From assembly GCA_015711725.1 (NCBI GenBank), contig JACVIX010000001.1:1-63470 (forward strand): a stretch of 63,470 nt of DNA. Direction: 5' to 3'. The stretch is from Candidatus Geothermincola primus (lineage in GTDB: Bacteria; Actinomycetota; Geothermincolia; Geothermincolales; Geothermincolaceae). The position numbers and the translations under genes are program-made. How positions within the stretch are numbered: the first letter of the stretch is position 1; every line of letters begins with the position of its first letter. Shown here piece after piece: positions 28,376 to 37,991 of this stretch. Below the pieces are notes generated by a model. The model was given only the letters and a program-made list of their open reading frames with translations. It had not been told where the DNA came from and searched no databases.

Positions 28376-28410
28376 TATTTAAGTGAAGCGGTAATGAGGA
28401 GGTGGTCGAG

Positions 28411-28572
28411 ATTTCCAGATGGGAGTGCACGGTCTGCGGATATATCTATGATCCGGAATTGGGGGACCCTGAAGGAGGGATTGAGCCGGGAACCCCTTTC
28501 GAGGATCTGCCCGATGACTGGGTCTGTCCCGAGTGCGGAGTGGGCAAGGAAGATTTCGAGATATTGGATTAA
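28411..28572 (+). CDS. Rubredoxin (missed by the ORF track; probable AUU start, alternative GTG at 28402)
   Basis: Translated by hand: (M)[60 protein letters not shown] 8 nt before ATT. Confidence 0.92.
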   Translation: MSRWECTVCGYIYDPELGDPEGGIEPGTPFEDLPDDWVCPECGVGKEDFEILD

Positions 28573-28617
28573 CTTTTTAAGTTCTTGGTTTTCCAATGGT
28601 CTTGAGGAGGATTGAAT

Positions 28618-29121
28618 ATGCATGAGATGACCGAGAAATTCCTGAGGGAGGCTTTCGCAGGAGAGAGCATGGCCCACATGCGTTACGCCATCTTCGCGGA
28701 CCAGGCGGAGAAGGATGGATTACCGGAGCTTGCGCGGCTTTTCCGGGCCATTTCCTATGCGGAGAGGGTGCATGCGGAGAACCACTATCGCGCTCTGGGA
28801 GAAGTGGGCAGGAATGAGAGTAATATCCAGATCTGCATCGATGGGGAAAACTATGAGATCAATGAGATGTACCCCGTCTTTAACGCGACGGCAAAGTTAC
28901 AGGAAGAGAGCGAGGCGGAGAAAACCACTTACTATGCTCTAGAGGCGGAAAAGATACACGCGGAGATGTATGCGAAAGCGAAGAAGGTGGTGGGGGCCGG
29001 TGAAGACTTAGATATCGGCACCATCCAGATTTGTAGCGTGTGCGGTCATACCCGGGAAGGGGAAGCGCCAGAAAAATGTCCCATCTGCGGGGCGAGTCGG
29101 GATAAGTTCCGCGCGTTTTAA
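28618..29121 (+). CDS. rbr: Rubrerythrin
   Basis: EAFAGESMA, ExxH diiron motifs, C-terminal CSVCG...CPICG; SD GAGGAGG. Confidence 0.9.
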   Translation: MHEMTEKFLREAFAGESMAHMRYAIFADQAEKDGLPELARLFRAISYAERVHAENHYRALGEVGRNESNIQICIDGENYEINEMYPVFNATAKLQEESEAEKTTYYALEAEKIHAEMYAKAKKVVGAGEDLDIGTIQICSVCGHTREGEAPEKCPICGASRDKFRAF

Positions 29122-29247
29122 AGGCTTGAAGTAAAGCTAAGTTATAACTTAGATTATTTTCGGATTAAACATAAGCGGTGGATTTTATCGGCGATTTCTT
29201 TTCTAAGTTGGGGTAAAATCTTCTACCAATTTATTCCAGGAGAAGTC

Positions 29248-29799
29248 ATGGAATGTGATTGTGCAGAAAGAATTGAAATAGAGAGTGGGATTATAGATAA
29301 AACCCGACCTCATCCATTGGTAATGGCCGCTCGCTTTATCGTTATGGGAGAGGCATTTTTTGTGGCTTTACGGGAGATGCTCAAGGAACGCAAACCAGGC
29401 TTTATTTGGGTGTGGTTAGGCGGTTGGGCTCTCTTCCTTACCCTGCCCCGTTATCTTATCTGCGCAAGATGTGATGGTTATGGCGAGATGTGCTATTCCT
29501 ATTACTTAGGCAAATACACCAGCAATCTCTTCCCTAGGTCATCGGGGAAGGTGGGCAGATTGGGATTGGGGTTGGAAATTCTCTCCTTGAGCACTATTTT
29601 CTGGACTCCGGTCTTCGCCCTGCGGGGGAGCAGAAAAAAATTGTTTCGCTACCTCTCGCTTTTAAACCTGGTCCTGGCGGGTCAATTTTTCCATGCTTGT
29701 AGATATTGCGGCATGCATTCAAAAGAAGAGTGGAAAAAGGTTTGCCCGGCTTTTCGTTTCTGGAGCGGAAGAGCGAGATTACAGCGAGTAGATATTTAG
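29248..29799 (+). CDS. Hypothetical Cys-rich membrane protein
   Basis: Several hydrophobic segments, CARC...C and CRYC...CP motifs, SD AGGAG. Confidence 0.6.
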   Translation: MECDCAERIEIESGIIDKTRPHPLVMAARFIVMGEAFFVALREMLKERKPGFIWVWLGGWALFLTLPRYLICARCDGYGEMCYSYYLGKYTSNLFPRSSGKVGRLGLGLEILSLSTIFWTPVFALRGSRKKLFRYLSLLNLVLAGQFFHACRYCGMHSKEEWKKVCPAFRFWSGRARLQRVDI

Positions 29800-29976
29800 T
29801 TGACTGGCAAGTGATAGTTGAGTTTTCCCAGAAATGAATTTTGGCTAAGGATTTTCCGGTGGGAATCTCCTCTATGCTTGGCCCATTAAATTGGATAGAA
29901 ATAAAAATTAGCGAAAATTAGAGGAAATGGGAATTTACACAAGGTGGTCGATCCGTATGTCGAAAAAGGAGGCTTG

Positions 29977-30171
29977 ATGGAAAACAAATTATGGCTGAAA
30001 CGAGTTATCGCGTTCCTAGCTGTCGCTCATCCTATCGAGGCGTTAATCGCCAGACGCATGGCTAAGGAAAGGGGAAAGAACCCCAATCTATGGTTTTTCC
30101 TCACCCTAATATTCGGGATTTTTTCCTTGAGGAAACTGAGAAAAATAAAGCCAGCTGAAACTGAGGGATAA
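29977..30171 (+). CDS. Small membrane protein
   Basis: SD AAGGAGG; two hydrophobic helices around AKERGKNPNLW. Confidence 0.6.
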   Translation: MENKLWLKRVIAFLAVAHPIEALIARRMAKERGKNPNLWFFLTLIFGIFSLRKLRKIKPAETEG

Positions 30172-30409
30172 GATGAAGGCAAAGTTCGGCCTCCGATTTA
30201 TTTACATAATGTCGAATTGAAATTGGTTTTCATTTATCCTCTCTATTGGCGATTGTTTCCTTATTGCGGATAGCCGGATTTCCATTTGCCGAGTAAATGG
30301 AGAAAGTAGCCCCATTGCTTTATATGATGTGAGTAGTTTGCTCCAGCGATAAAGCGTTAGGGGTATTTTATTTATATGCCGGTCACTTTTAGAGTTAAAG
30401 AGGGAGATC

Positions 30410-31360
30410 CTATCTCTTTTTATGGGTTTTGATCATGATCTCCACCACTTCCCGAGAGGAGTATTGGGGTTGGTGGTTCAGGGCCTCCCTGGTGAGATGG
30501 TCTGATGCCACCCAGCGATACCTGATGAAGTCGATCATACCCGAGGGGCCCTCTATTAAGGGAGCGTGCAGTTTCCACAGAATGTCTATAGCAGGATAGA
30601 TGAGCTTTTCCGGAAAGTTGATGATGCGTTTGCCCAACAGTTTGGAGATCTCCTCTACGCCGATAACTCCTTCCCCGATCGCGTGGAAGAAACCCACTTT
30701 TTTCTGGTCGTATATCTTGCGGAAAACAGTAGCCACGTCGTCCTCGTGCACGAATTGCATCTCTGGCATAGCCTTTGCCGTTGTGGGGAGAAAAGGTAGG
30801 CGAAGGAGAAAACGGGAGAGATAATTGTCCACATTAGGTCCGTAAACGATGCAGGGTCTTACCACCGCTACCCCGATATTAGGATTCTCTTCTTTGAACC
30901 GTTCGATAAGTTTCTCCACCTCGTACTTGTCGGAGGCATAAGTATAGTTTGGTTGCCTGCGGGGAGGATCATTTTCAGTGAGAAACTCGGGATTATCGGG
31001 GAAAGCCCCAAAGGCGGAGGTGGAACTGGCGACGATAAGATGCTCAGCTTCACAGGCTGCGGTGGCATCCAGCACGTTTTTAGAACCTCTGACATCTATA
31101 TCATGCATAAGGGCATCGTCGTGTAACGGGTTGACGATGAAGGCCAAATGGATGACTTCTTTAACTTTTTTGGACTTCAAAAGCTCAAATATTCTGGGAT
31201 CTCGCACGTCCAACCTATGAAACTCCAGCTTGTTGAAGTCTCCCTGTGGCGTTTTCACATCGATCCCCACTATTTTCTGGACCTCTGGATCATCTTCGAG
31301 CTGGTGGAGCAGACGAGTTCCGATGTATCCTGAAACTCCGGTAATCGCCACGATCGACAT
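30410..31360 (-). CDS. NAD-dependent epimerase/dehydratase (extended SDR)
   Basis: TGVSGYIG, HLAF, YASDK, RPCIVYGP. Confidence 0.88.
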   Translation of the reverse strand: MSIVAITGVSGYIGTRLLHQLEDDPEVQKIVGIDVKTPQGDFNKLEFHRLDVRDPRIFELLKSKKVKEVIHLAFIVNPLHDDALMHDIDVRGSKNVLDATAACEAEHLIVASSTSAFGAFPDNPEFLTENDPPRRQPNYTYASDKYEVEKLIERFKEENPNIGVAVVRPCIVYGPNVDNYLSRFLLRLPFLPTTAKAMPEMQFVHEDDVATVFRKIYDQKKVGFFHAIGEGVIGVEEISKLLGKRIINFPEKLIYPAIDILWKLHAPLIEGPSGMIDFIRYRWVASDHLTREALNHQPQYSSREVVEIMIKTHKKR

Positions 31361-31722
31361 CTTTGTCCCCCTTTCTCAGCAGAGCTTAACCCTCGATTTC
31401 AAGCAGCAATATTTTAATATATAGCCCGGGTTCTTCCAATACTTCTAAGATATCGACCCTTTTGGGTGTTACCCTCGCTTATCTTCGTGAGAAAACGTGG
31501 CTTTATCTGGGAGGCGAAACGCTTCACCTAGTTTTATAGGCATCCGCTTCCAAGAATCTCTTTCTTTTACATGTATCCCGAAATTCGAGCGCGAACAGCA
31601 TCAGATGATAGGAGGCTTTCTCTTTAATGAATTGGATTGTCATTATATAATATCTTTACCTTGATGTCGGAATAGGGTGAATGTCCTAGTGTCTCCGGAC
31701 AGTCTCTTCAAAGGGAGGAACT

Positions 31723-32022
31723 ATGGCCAAGGACAAAGATGAAAAAATCGCTATTTTACGCCGTTTGAACAGGATAGAGGGGCAAGTTAGAGGGATAGCT
31801 CGCATGGTTCAAGAGGACGAGAACTGTGAGGACATCCTAGTTCAGATAGCCGCGGTGAAGGCGGCAGTGGACCGGGTGGGGGTAAAACTGATGGGCCATA
31901 AAATGAAGGAGTGTCTGGAGCAGAAAGGTATTTCGAAACAGGAGTCTATAGACAGGGCTATCGATATTTTCTTACGTTTTACCCAAACTATGGGCTCGGT
32001 GGGAAGCTTAGAAAAACGCTGA
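31723..32022 (+). CDS. CsoR/RcnR/CstR family repressor
   Basis: RLNRIEGQVRGIARMV..C.DILVQIAAV...C; SD GGGAGG. Confidence 0.9.
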   Translation: MAKDKDEKIAILRRLNRIEGQVRGIARMVQEDENCEDILVQIAAVKAAVDRVGVKLMGHKMKECLEQKGISKQESIDRAIDIFLRFTQTMGSVGSLEKR

Positions 32023-32398
32023 TGCTTCCCGGCTTTTTAAGTCAGTGGTAATCCAGCAAGTAGGAAGATAATCATCACTCTCTATATTAATACTTTTTAT
32101 AAAGCCGTCCTTTGTCCATAATTAGCCGCCTCATTCCCGCTGGGGATCAATCATATACCGTGATCCAGCTGAGCTGGAAACGGAGAAGCTGGTTATTTCA
32201 AGATGGAAAGTTTTTTGCCCAGAAGAACTTTATCTTTTCAACGGATCCTCCATTTTCTATACCGCGCTTCCGCCCAAGGTCATTTTCCGTCATTTATCCG
32301 CCTGGCTAGAACAATGGGTTAGGCTTAGAGAAGCGCATTAGTGCATCCGCTTTCGTGGGAATGACGGTTGGTTATTTTATCTAAAATATTGAATATGT

Positions 32399-35395
32399 TC
32401 AAGCCCTCATCAGCTCTCCCATCATAGGCCCCAGCAGAGGGGGCATGACTCTCTCCATCACCCCGGGCAGCATGCGGGGCATCAGTTCGCGCATAGATGG
32501 GGACATCTCTGGCATCTTCTGTTCTAGGATGGGAAGCATGCGGGGTAGCATCAGTTTGAGCATGAGAGGCAACAGGCGCGAAGCCATAGAGGGTCCCACT
32601 TTGGTCATCGCCCAAACGATAGTCCTCTTGACGGGCGAAGGTAGAGCGCGCATTCCTTTTATGATGGCTGAGCTGGGCCCAGGAAGAGATAGCAGGAACT
32701 CTTCCATGAAGTCTGCCATACCCTGAGGAGTCATTAGTCTAATCATCTTGTCGAAAACGGCCCAGTTCCTGGCCACCTCGGCAGTGGGGTCCCCTAAAGG
32801 ATAACCCAAAGCCTCTGAAACCACGGAGGCAAAATCGCGAACTGGCATTTCGCTTCCTGCGGCTTGGCTCCATACTCTCAATTGAAATTCGCAGCAAGGG
32901 CAGGTTGTGACTATGGCTTGAGCTTCGGTCTGTCGAGCTTCCTCAAGCCTTTTGGAGGCGATAGCCTCAGAAGTGGGCTTGGTTTCGCCGATAAGTGTGA
33001 GAACGCTACCACAACAGAGGGCGTCTTCACGGTTATGTTCCATCTCCACTAACGTGATCCCCGGAATGGCTTTCAGCACTTCCCTGGGCGCTTCGTAGAT
33101 ACCTCCGTGGCGTCCAATGTGGCAAGGATCGTGCCATGTGATCTTCATGGGAATATTATTTACAAATTGTAATTTATTTTCCGCAAGAAGTTCTGCGGCA
33201 ACCTCCGAAATATGTTTTACCTCCACCTCCCATTCGATTCCAAGCTTCTCGGCCCATTGTTTATAGTGGTGGGATAAAGTGACCCAGCAACCCGGGCATG
33301 AGGCTATCAAAGTCTTGATCCCCCTGCCCTTTATTTCCTCTATATTCTTGCGCACAGCTTTTTCGAACAGGTCCCATTTTCCGCTCATAAGAAAAGGAAT
33401 GCCGCAACAAGTCTCCTTCTCCCCTAGATAAACGAATTCCAAACCTCCCTCCTTAAGTATGCGTACAGAGCCTTGGGCGATATCCTTCTCCACATAGGAA
33501 GCAGTGCAACCTGCCCAGTAACCCAAAGATCCTTCCTTGAGAACATCTATATCCTCGGGGAGCCAGGAGTCTCGATTCTCGGAAAAACTTGCCCAGATGT
33601 TGCTCTCCATATCGTAGGAAGCGCCCATCATCTCGAAAGGAGGAAATGTCTTAAATCTGCCGGAAGCGATTAGTTCGCCCCGCATGGATTCCCATAGGGA
33701 TTCAATGGGCAAATCGGTCTGACATACGTTGTCACATTTTTTACACGTTGTACATAAAAGAAAGGTTCTTGCCATCTTTTCGTTTAAGGGAAGCCTGCCC
33801 TGGCTATATCTCTTGAGGTAATACCATTTGCCGCGAGGGGAAGCGCTTTCCCAACCCCTGCCAGAGTAGAGAGTACATTCTTGGACGCAGTATCCACATT
33901 GAGCGCAGGTGTAAGCGGCGGTTTCCAACTCTTGAGGCAATTTTTTCCTCAAAGAGGGGATATTCTTGGGAAGAAGCCAGCCCATTCTCCAACCTAGCGG
34001 GGCCAGAGGTGTCGCAAAGGACAGGAAATAGTCTAAAAGGCGGACCTTAGCCGGTCTGTGCTCGTCAACTAGTAATTTGCCTGGATTCATAATTCCCGAA
34101 GGATCATGGTCTATTCGATAGCGGCGCAGAAATTCGCTTTTTGTTTTGCCCCACCGTTCCTCAAAGCTAGGCGCAAAGTAAAGACCGATCCCGTAAGGCT
34201 TTCCCCCTCGCTTTCGCACCAGGCTTAGAAAATGCAAGGATTTGGCGAATTCAAGGGTGAACGCAGGAGACCTGGTGTCCGAAGGGATAAAACCTAGAAG
34301 AATCGCCCATCCGTCGGAGGTAAGCGTAGCCTCGATGCTCATATCGGGAATGGACTTCTCCGTGGCGGCGAAAACGGTTGAAAGATACTCCCAAGGTATC
34401 ATGGCTTCGGCGGGGATAAGGGAGGGGCCCAGCTTGCGAAGGCGCATGGGATTAAACCTCTCTTCCCATTCGTGGAGAGCCTGTTTCTGAGGAAGTTGTT
34501 TCCCCCCATGGCGTGAAGCGATTCTTACGAGATGCCTCTCCGTCTCTGGTGAGGGATTTTCCAACACCACAAGTGCTAAATAGGTAACGGGAAGGGGGTC
34601 TTCGGCATCAAGCTGGTTTTTAATTTTAGCTAATTGGGGGTTGAGAATTTGTAGGTGGTAGATGTCAAGGTCAGTGCCCAGTTCTCGCATAAAGGACTGG
34701 ATTCCCAGATAGCCCTTGAATGAGAAGAGTAAGGGGATCTCCTCGCCCGCTTTACGAACCTTAAGCCTTACTGCGGTGATGATCCCGGTGATGCCCTCCG
34801 CACCGTAGTATTTCCAAAGGTCACTCCCTCCAATTTCTTGTAGATTTCCCTCGGGAGAAACTACTTCCAGGCTTTCCAGGTTGCTTTCCAGGGAACCGTA
34901 ACTATAACTCCCAATGCCATAGCCACCCTCAGCCACCCAGCCCCCCACTGTTGAGGAAGGAGCACTGGAGGGGTAGACGCGCAGGGCAAAGCCCTCTTTT
35001 CCAAGGGCTGTTTCTAGATGCTTCCAGATTACCCCTGCATCCACCAGTGCGGTTTCACTTTGGGGATCGATTTCCCTAATTGTGTTCAGCGAGGTGAGGT
35101 CGATTACCATGCCCCCGCTGGAGGGCAACGCTCCACCATAGCCGCTGGTAGCGGAGCCTCTAGGAACAATAGGAATTCCTCGGCTGCGAGCTAGCTTTAC
35201 CAGGTGAATTATTTCTTGGACGCCCCTGACCTTTACCACCACTTCCGCCTGGGGTCGTAACAGTTTTTCTATGATGCTTGGAAATTCCCCCATATCATGG
35301 GAATAAAGGTCCAGCTCAATATCATCCCAGGTCACTCGGTCGCCAAGATCTTGTTTGAGAGATACCTTGAATTGTTTGGTAACTTTTCCAGCCAA
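32399..35395 (-). CDS. FAD-binding oxidoreductase fused to 4Fe-4S and CCG domains (GlcD/GlcF-like)
   Basis: PRGSATSGYGG, NPGK, CAQCGYC, CTTCKKC, CCG, HDPCH, CCGS; start moved from 35446 to TTG 35395 (SD GGAGGTG). Confidence 0.85.
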   Translation of the reverse strand: MAGKVTKQFKVSLKQDLGDRVTWDDIELDLYSHDMGEFPSIIEKLLRPQAEVVVKVRGVQEIIHLVKLARSRGIPIVPRGSATSGYGGALPSSGGMVIDLTSLNTIREIDPQSETALVDAGVIWKHLETALGKEGFALRVYPSSAPSSTVGGWVAEGGYGIGSYSYGSLESNLESLEVVSPEGNLQEIGGSDLWKYYGAEGITGIITAVRLKVRKAGEEIPLLFSFKGYLGIQSFMRELGTDLDIYHLQILNPQLAKIKNQLDAEDPLPVTYLALVVLENPSPETERHLVRIASRHGGKQLPQKQALHEWEERFNPMRLRKLGPSLIPAEAMIPWEYLSTVFAATEKSIPDMSIEATLTSDGWAILLGFIPSDTRSPAFTLEFAKSLHFLSLVRKRGGKPYGIGLYFAPSFEERWGKTKSEFLRRYRIDHDPSGIMNPGKLLVDEHRPAKVRLLDYFLSFATPLAPLGWRMGWLLPKNIPSLRKKLPQELETAAYTCAQCGYCVQECTLYSGRGWESASPRGKWYYLKRYSQGRLPLNEKMARTFLLCTTCKKCDNVCQTDLPIESLWESMRGELIASGRFKTFPPFEMMGASYDMESNIWASFSENRDSWLPEDIDVLKEGSLGYWAGCTASYVEKDIAQGSVRILKEGGLEFVYLGEKETCCGIPFLMSGKWDLFEKAVRKNIEEIKGRGIKTLIASCPGCWVTLSHHYKQWAEKLGIEWEVEVKHISEVAAELLAENKLQFVNNIPMKITWHDPCHIGRHGGIYEAPREVLKAIPGITLVEMEHNREDALCCGSVLTLIGETKPTSEAIASKRLEEARQTEAQAIVTTCPCCEFQLRVWSQAAGSEMPVRDFASVVSEALGYPLGDPTAEVARNWAVFDKMIRLMTPQGMADFMEEFLLSLPGPSSAIIKGMRALPSPVKRTIVWAMTKVGPSMASRLLPLMLKLMLPRMLPILEQKMPEMSPSMRELMPRMLPGVMERVMPPLLGPMMGELMRA

Positions 35396-35469
35396 TATCT
35401 CCACCTCCAAAAACTTCGCGCTAGCGAGCCTTCGCCTTTCCATCATTTCGTAAAGCTTTGTTTCGGCCG

Positions 35470-35498
35470 AAAATATACCCTTAGGGGTATATTGTCAA
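35470..35498 (-). promoter_or_regulatory. Promoter with a CsoR-family operator in its spacer
   Basis: TTGACA-N17-TATTTT; perfect palindrome AATATACCC-TTAG-GGGTATATT at 35472-35493. Confidence 0.8.
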
Positions 35499-35862
35499 TA
35501 GTTTATATCATGCATTAAAGGTGAATAATTTTCGGGATCACGCGTTGTTCATCAGGAATTTAAAGGGTTGGGGCAAGAAAAGCCTATTGTTTGTGGATTT
35601 TACAGTGGATGCCGAATGACTAGTGTTGAGCTGTTCCGCTTATCAAACTTATCTGTGAGGTGGGGATGAGAAAATTGCACGTCAATTTATGGGACGGCAC
35701 TGTTAGCCTCGCGGACTCGGGTCTTTTACCCGAAAGACCCTTTGAATGGATATTGTACGAATGATGGAGGGTGAAGCGAAGCGCCAATTTGGTTAAGGAA
35801 AAATAAGCATAATTACGGTCATGCATCTAAAGCAAATCTTTAGGCAAAAACCCAAGATTCGT

Positions 35863-35879
35863 TGTTACGGAACTGTTAC
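35863..35879 (+). promoter_or_regulatory. OmpR-family (WalR/MtrA-like) direct-repeat box
   Basis: TGTTAC-N5-TGTTAC, with a further TGTGAC in the same 11-bp phase at 35896. Confidence 0.5.
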
Positions 35880-36138
35880 GATAATGCAAAATTTCTGTGA
35901 CTATTTTCATGTTTGCCCAGGTTAATAGTTGAGTGGGATTATGCCCAGGGATTAATATTCTTACAGCGAACCCGGTTGCAAAGCGGTGGTGACAGAAACA
36001 TTAGCGGAGGGAAATATAAGCTGTGTAATGATATAATTAAAGGGCCTTTTAGAATGTAATCCTCGAGCTCCAACATTAATTCATCGATAGGTTGATTATA
36101 AGAGATAAAGGTAAGGAATGCGGCTGGAAGTGGTCTTG

Positions 36139-37896
36139 ATGAGAAAGATTTTGTATTTATGGATGATAAGTTTGGCATTCCTTCTTGTTTTCTCTCTCGC
36201 CCCGTATGGTTTGGCGGACGCTTATGAAAAACCGCAGATTGACATTATAGAGCCGGCGAGGGCGCCAATAGGAAGCGAGATCACTATCAATGGCGCCCAC
36301 TTTGGCGATATGCGAGAGGGATCTCGCGTAGTGTTTGGCTCTGTAGAAGCTACACAGTATATCCGCTGGTCGGATTCTCAAATAAAAGTGATTGTGCCTT
36401 ATGGGTCATATCCGGATAGCCAGTTGCAAGTTAAGGTCATAACCCCTGGGGGAAGTTCTTATGGGGCCAGATTCGAGCTGGAGCCCCGCGCTATGGTCCT
36501 GGCCGAAGGTTTCACAGGTAAAGGTTTCCAAGAATATATAATACTGGGCAATCCTCAAGCTTTCGAGGTTAAGGTTAAATTACTATATATCTTCGCGGAC
36601 GGCACGTATATGGAAAGGGGCATGATAGTTCCCCCCCAATCCAGGGTAACCGTCGACGTGAACAGGGATGTGGGCGAGGAAGAGGAAGTATCTGCATTGA
36701 TTTTCTCAGATATCTATATTGTGGTGGAACGGCCTATCTACTTCGATTACCGGGGATGGACAGGAGGACACAATATTGTAGCAGGACGCAAAGCCAGCAA
36801 AACTTGGTATTTCGCGGAGGGATCTACTGAGCCAGGATTCGATGAATACTTGGCGGTTCTCAACCCCACGGAGAAAGAGGCCAATTTGGTCTTCCGTTTT
36901 CAGATAGAGGACGCGGGAGAAATTTTCCGTTACGGGAGCGTGCCCGCCTATTCACGGAAGACATTCAAATTAAACGATCTGCTGGGTTCGGGATGCCGAG
37001 CTTCATTGGCCTTAAAATCGGACCAATTCGTTGTGGCAGAGAGAAGCATGTACTTCGGCCACGAAGACAGTCGGAGCGGTGGCCATTGCGAAATGGGTTT
37101 ACCGGGATTTCCCAGTTCAGGACCTTTTTCCTACTACTTCGCTGAGGGCAGCACTTTCGGCGGCTTCGATGAATATCTGATATTACAAAACCCCGATTCA
37201 GCTATTCCAGTGGTGGTGGATGTGACCTATAGGTTCCGGGCGGGCCAGGGGGACCCAATTCGTAAGCAGTATCGGTTGGAGCCAGGGCAGAGACGCACTA
37301 TCTTCTTGCCCGATGATGTGGGGAGAGGCAAGGATGTCTCTGTTGCGCTGCAATCGGATTCACCATTCGTCGCGGAACGCTCTATCTTCTATCGATATGA
37401 TTTTTCCGATATTAGTGTATATGGTGGAGATTGCATCGTCGGTGCCCGGAAAACTTCCCTCCAATGGTACTTCTCCGAGGGTTTTACCGGGCCGGATTTC
37501 CACGAATGGCTGTCACTTTTCAATCCCGGAGAAGAGGATTCCCTAGTGGAAGTCACCTATTTCACTCCATCGGGAGTTTTACATCCCGCGAGAATCACTG
37601 TTCCCGCAGGAAGTAGGGAGACTTTTATGGTGAATGACCATGCGGGCAGAAACATCTTGCTCTCCTGCCAGATTAGAGTCATTTCTGGGCCGGGTATCGT
37701 GGCGGAAAGACCCATGTATTTCCGATTATCCCAAACTGAGGATGGAGATACGGCGGTTGAAGGGGGACATACTTCGCTGGGCGATGTCCCCTATGCCGGC
37801 GATGCCCTTGAAGATTACACTTCCAACTGTTGCAGTAATCTAATGGAAGCCCTAAGTCCCTTCTTTCAGGAAAAGGCTCGGAGGTTATGGAAGTAA
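36139..37896 (+). CDS. Secreted IPT/TIG-domain protein with four DUF5719-type repeats
   Basis: Signal peptide, PxIxxIxP..G..ITINGAHFG..WSDSQIKVIVP, four repeats. Confidence 0.82.
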   Translation: MRKILYLWMISLAFLLVFSLAPYGLADAYEKPQIDIIEPARAPIGSEITINGAHFGDMREGSRVVFGSVEATQYIRWSDSQIKVIVPYGSYPDSQLQVKVITPGGSSYGARFELEPRAMVLAEGFTGKGFQEYIILGNPQAFEVKVKLLYIFADGTYMERGMIVPPQSRVTVDVNRDVGEEEEVSALIFSDIYIVVERPIYFDYRGWTGGHNIVAGRKASKTWYFAEGSTEPGFDEYLAVLNPTEKEANLVFRFQIEDAGEIFRYGSVPAYSRKTFKLNDLLGSGCRASLALKSDQFVVAERSMYFGHEDSRSGGHCEMGLPGFPSSGPFSYYFAEGSTFGGFDEYLILQNPDSAIPVVVDVTYRFRAGQGDPIRKQYRLEPGQRRTIFLPDDVGRGKDVSVALQSDSPFVAERSIFYRYDFSDISVYGGDCIVGARKTSLQWYFSEGFTGPDFHEWLSLFNPGEEDSLVEVTYFTPSGVLHPARITVPAGSRETFMVNDHAGRNILLSCQIRVISGPGIVAERPMYFRLSQTEDGDTAVEGGHTSLGDVPYAGDALEDYTSNCCSNLMEALSPFFQEKARRLWK

Positions 37897-37921
37897 CTTA
37901 ATAGTCTAATGAAATTAAACA

Positions 37922-37949
37922 GAAGGGCACGGTTAAAACCGTGCCCTTC
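37922..37949. terminator. Terminator hairpin between convergent genes
   Basis: GAAGGGCACGGT-taaa-ACCGTGCCCTTC, perfect 12-bp stem. Confidence 0.8.
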
Positions 37950-37991
37950 GTATTCACGCCAAGCCTCTAAAAGTTTTGAGTAAGGCTTAAA

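Noticed and set aside
28394..28615. 73-aa ORF in the track (and 28261..28677 on the minus strand)
   Set aside because: Wrong-frame and antisense shadows of the rubredoxin at 28411-28572
29164..29195. True chromosomal dif site
   Set aside because: The arms resemble XerD and XerC sites, but the spacer is 10 nt rather than 6; kept only as part of the dispersed-motif finding
35700..35860. Hairpin GGGTCTTT...AAAGACCC and GCAAA motifs as a c-di-GMP riboswitch
   Set aside because: The required P2/P3 arrangement (GGCAAAC...GACGCAAA) is absent on both strands
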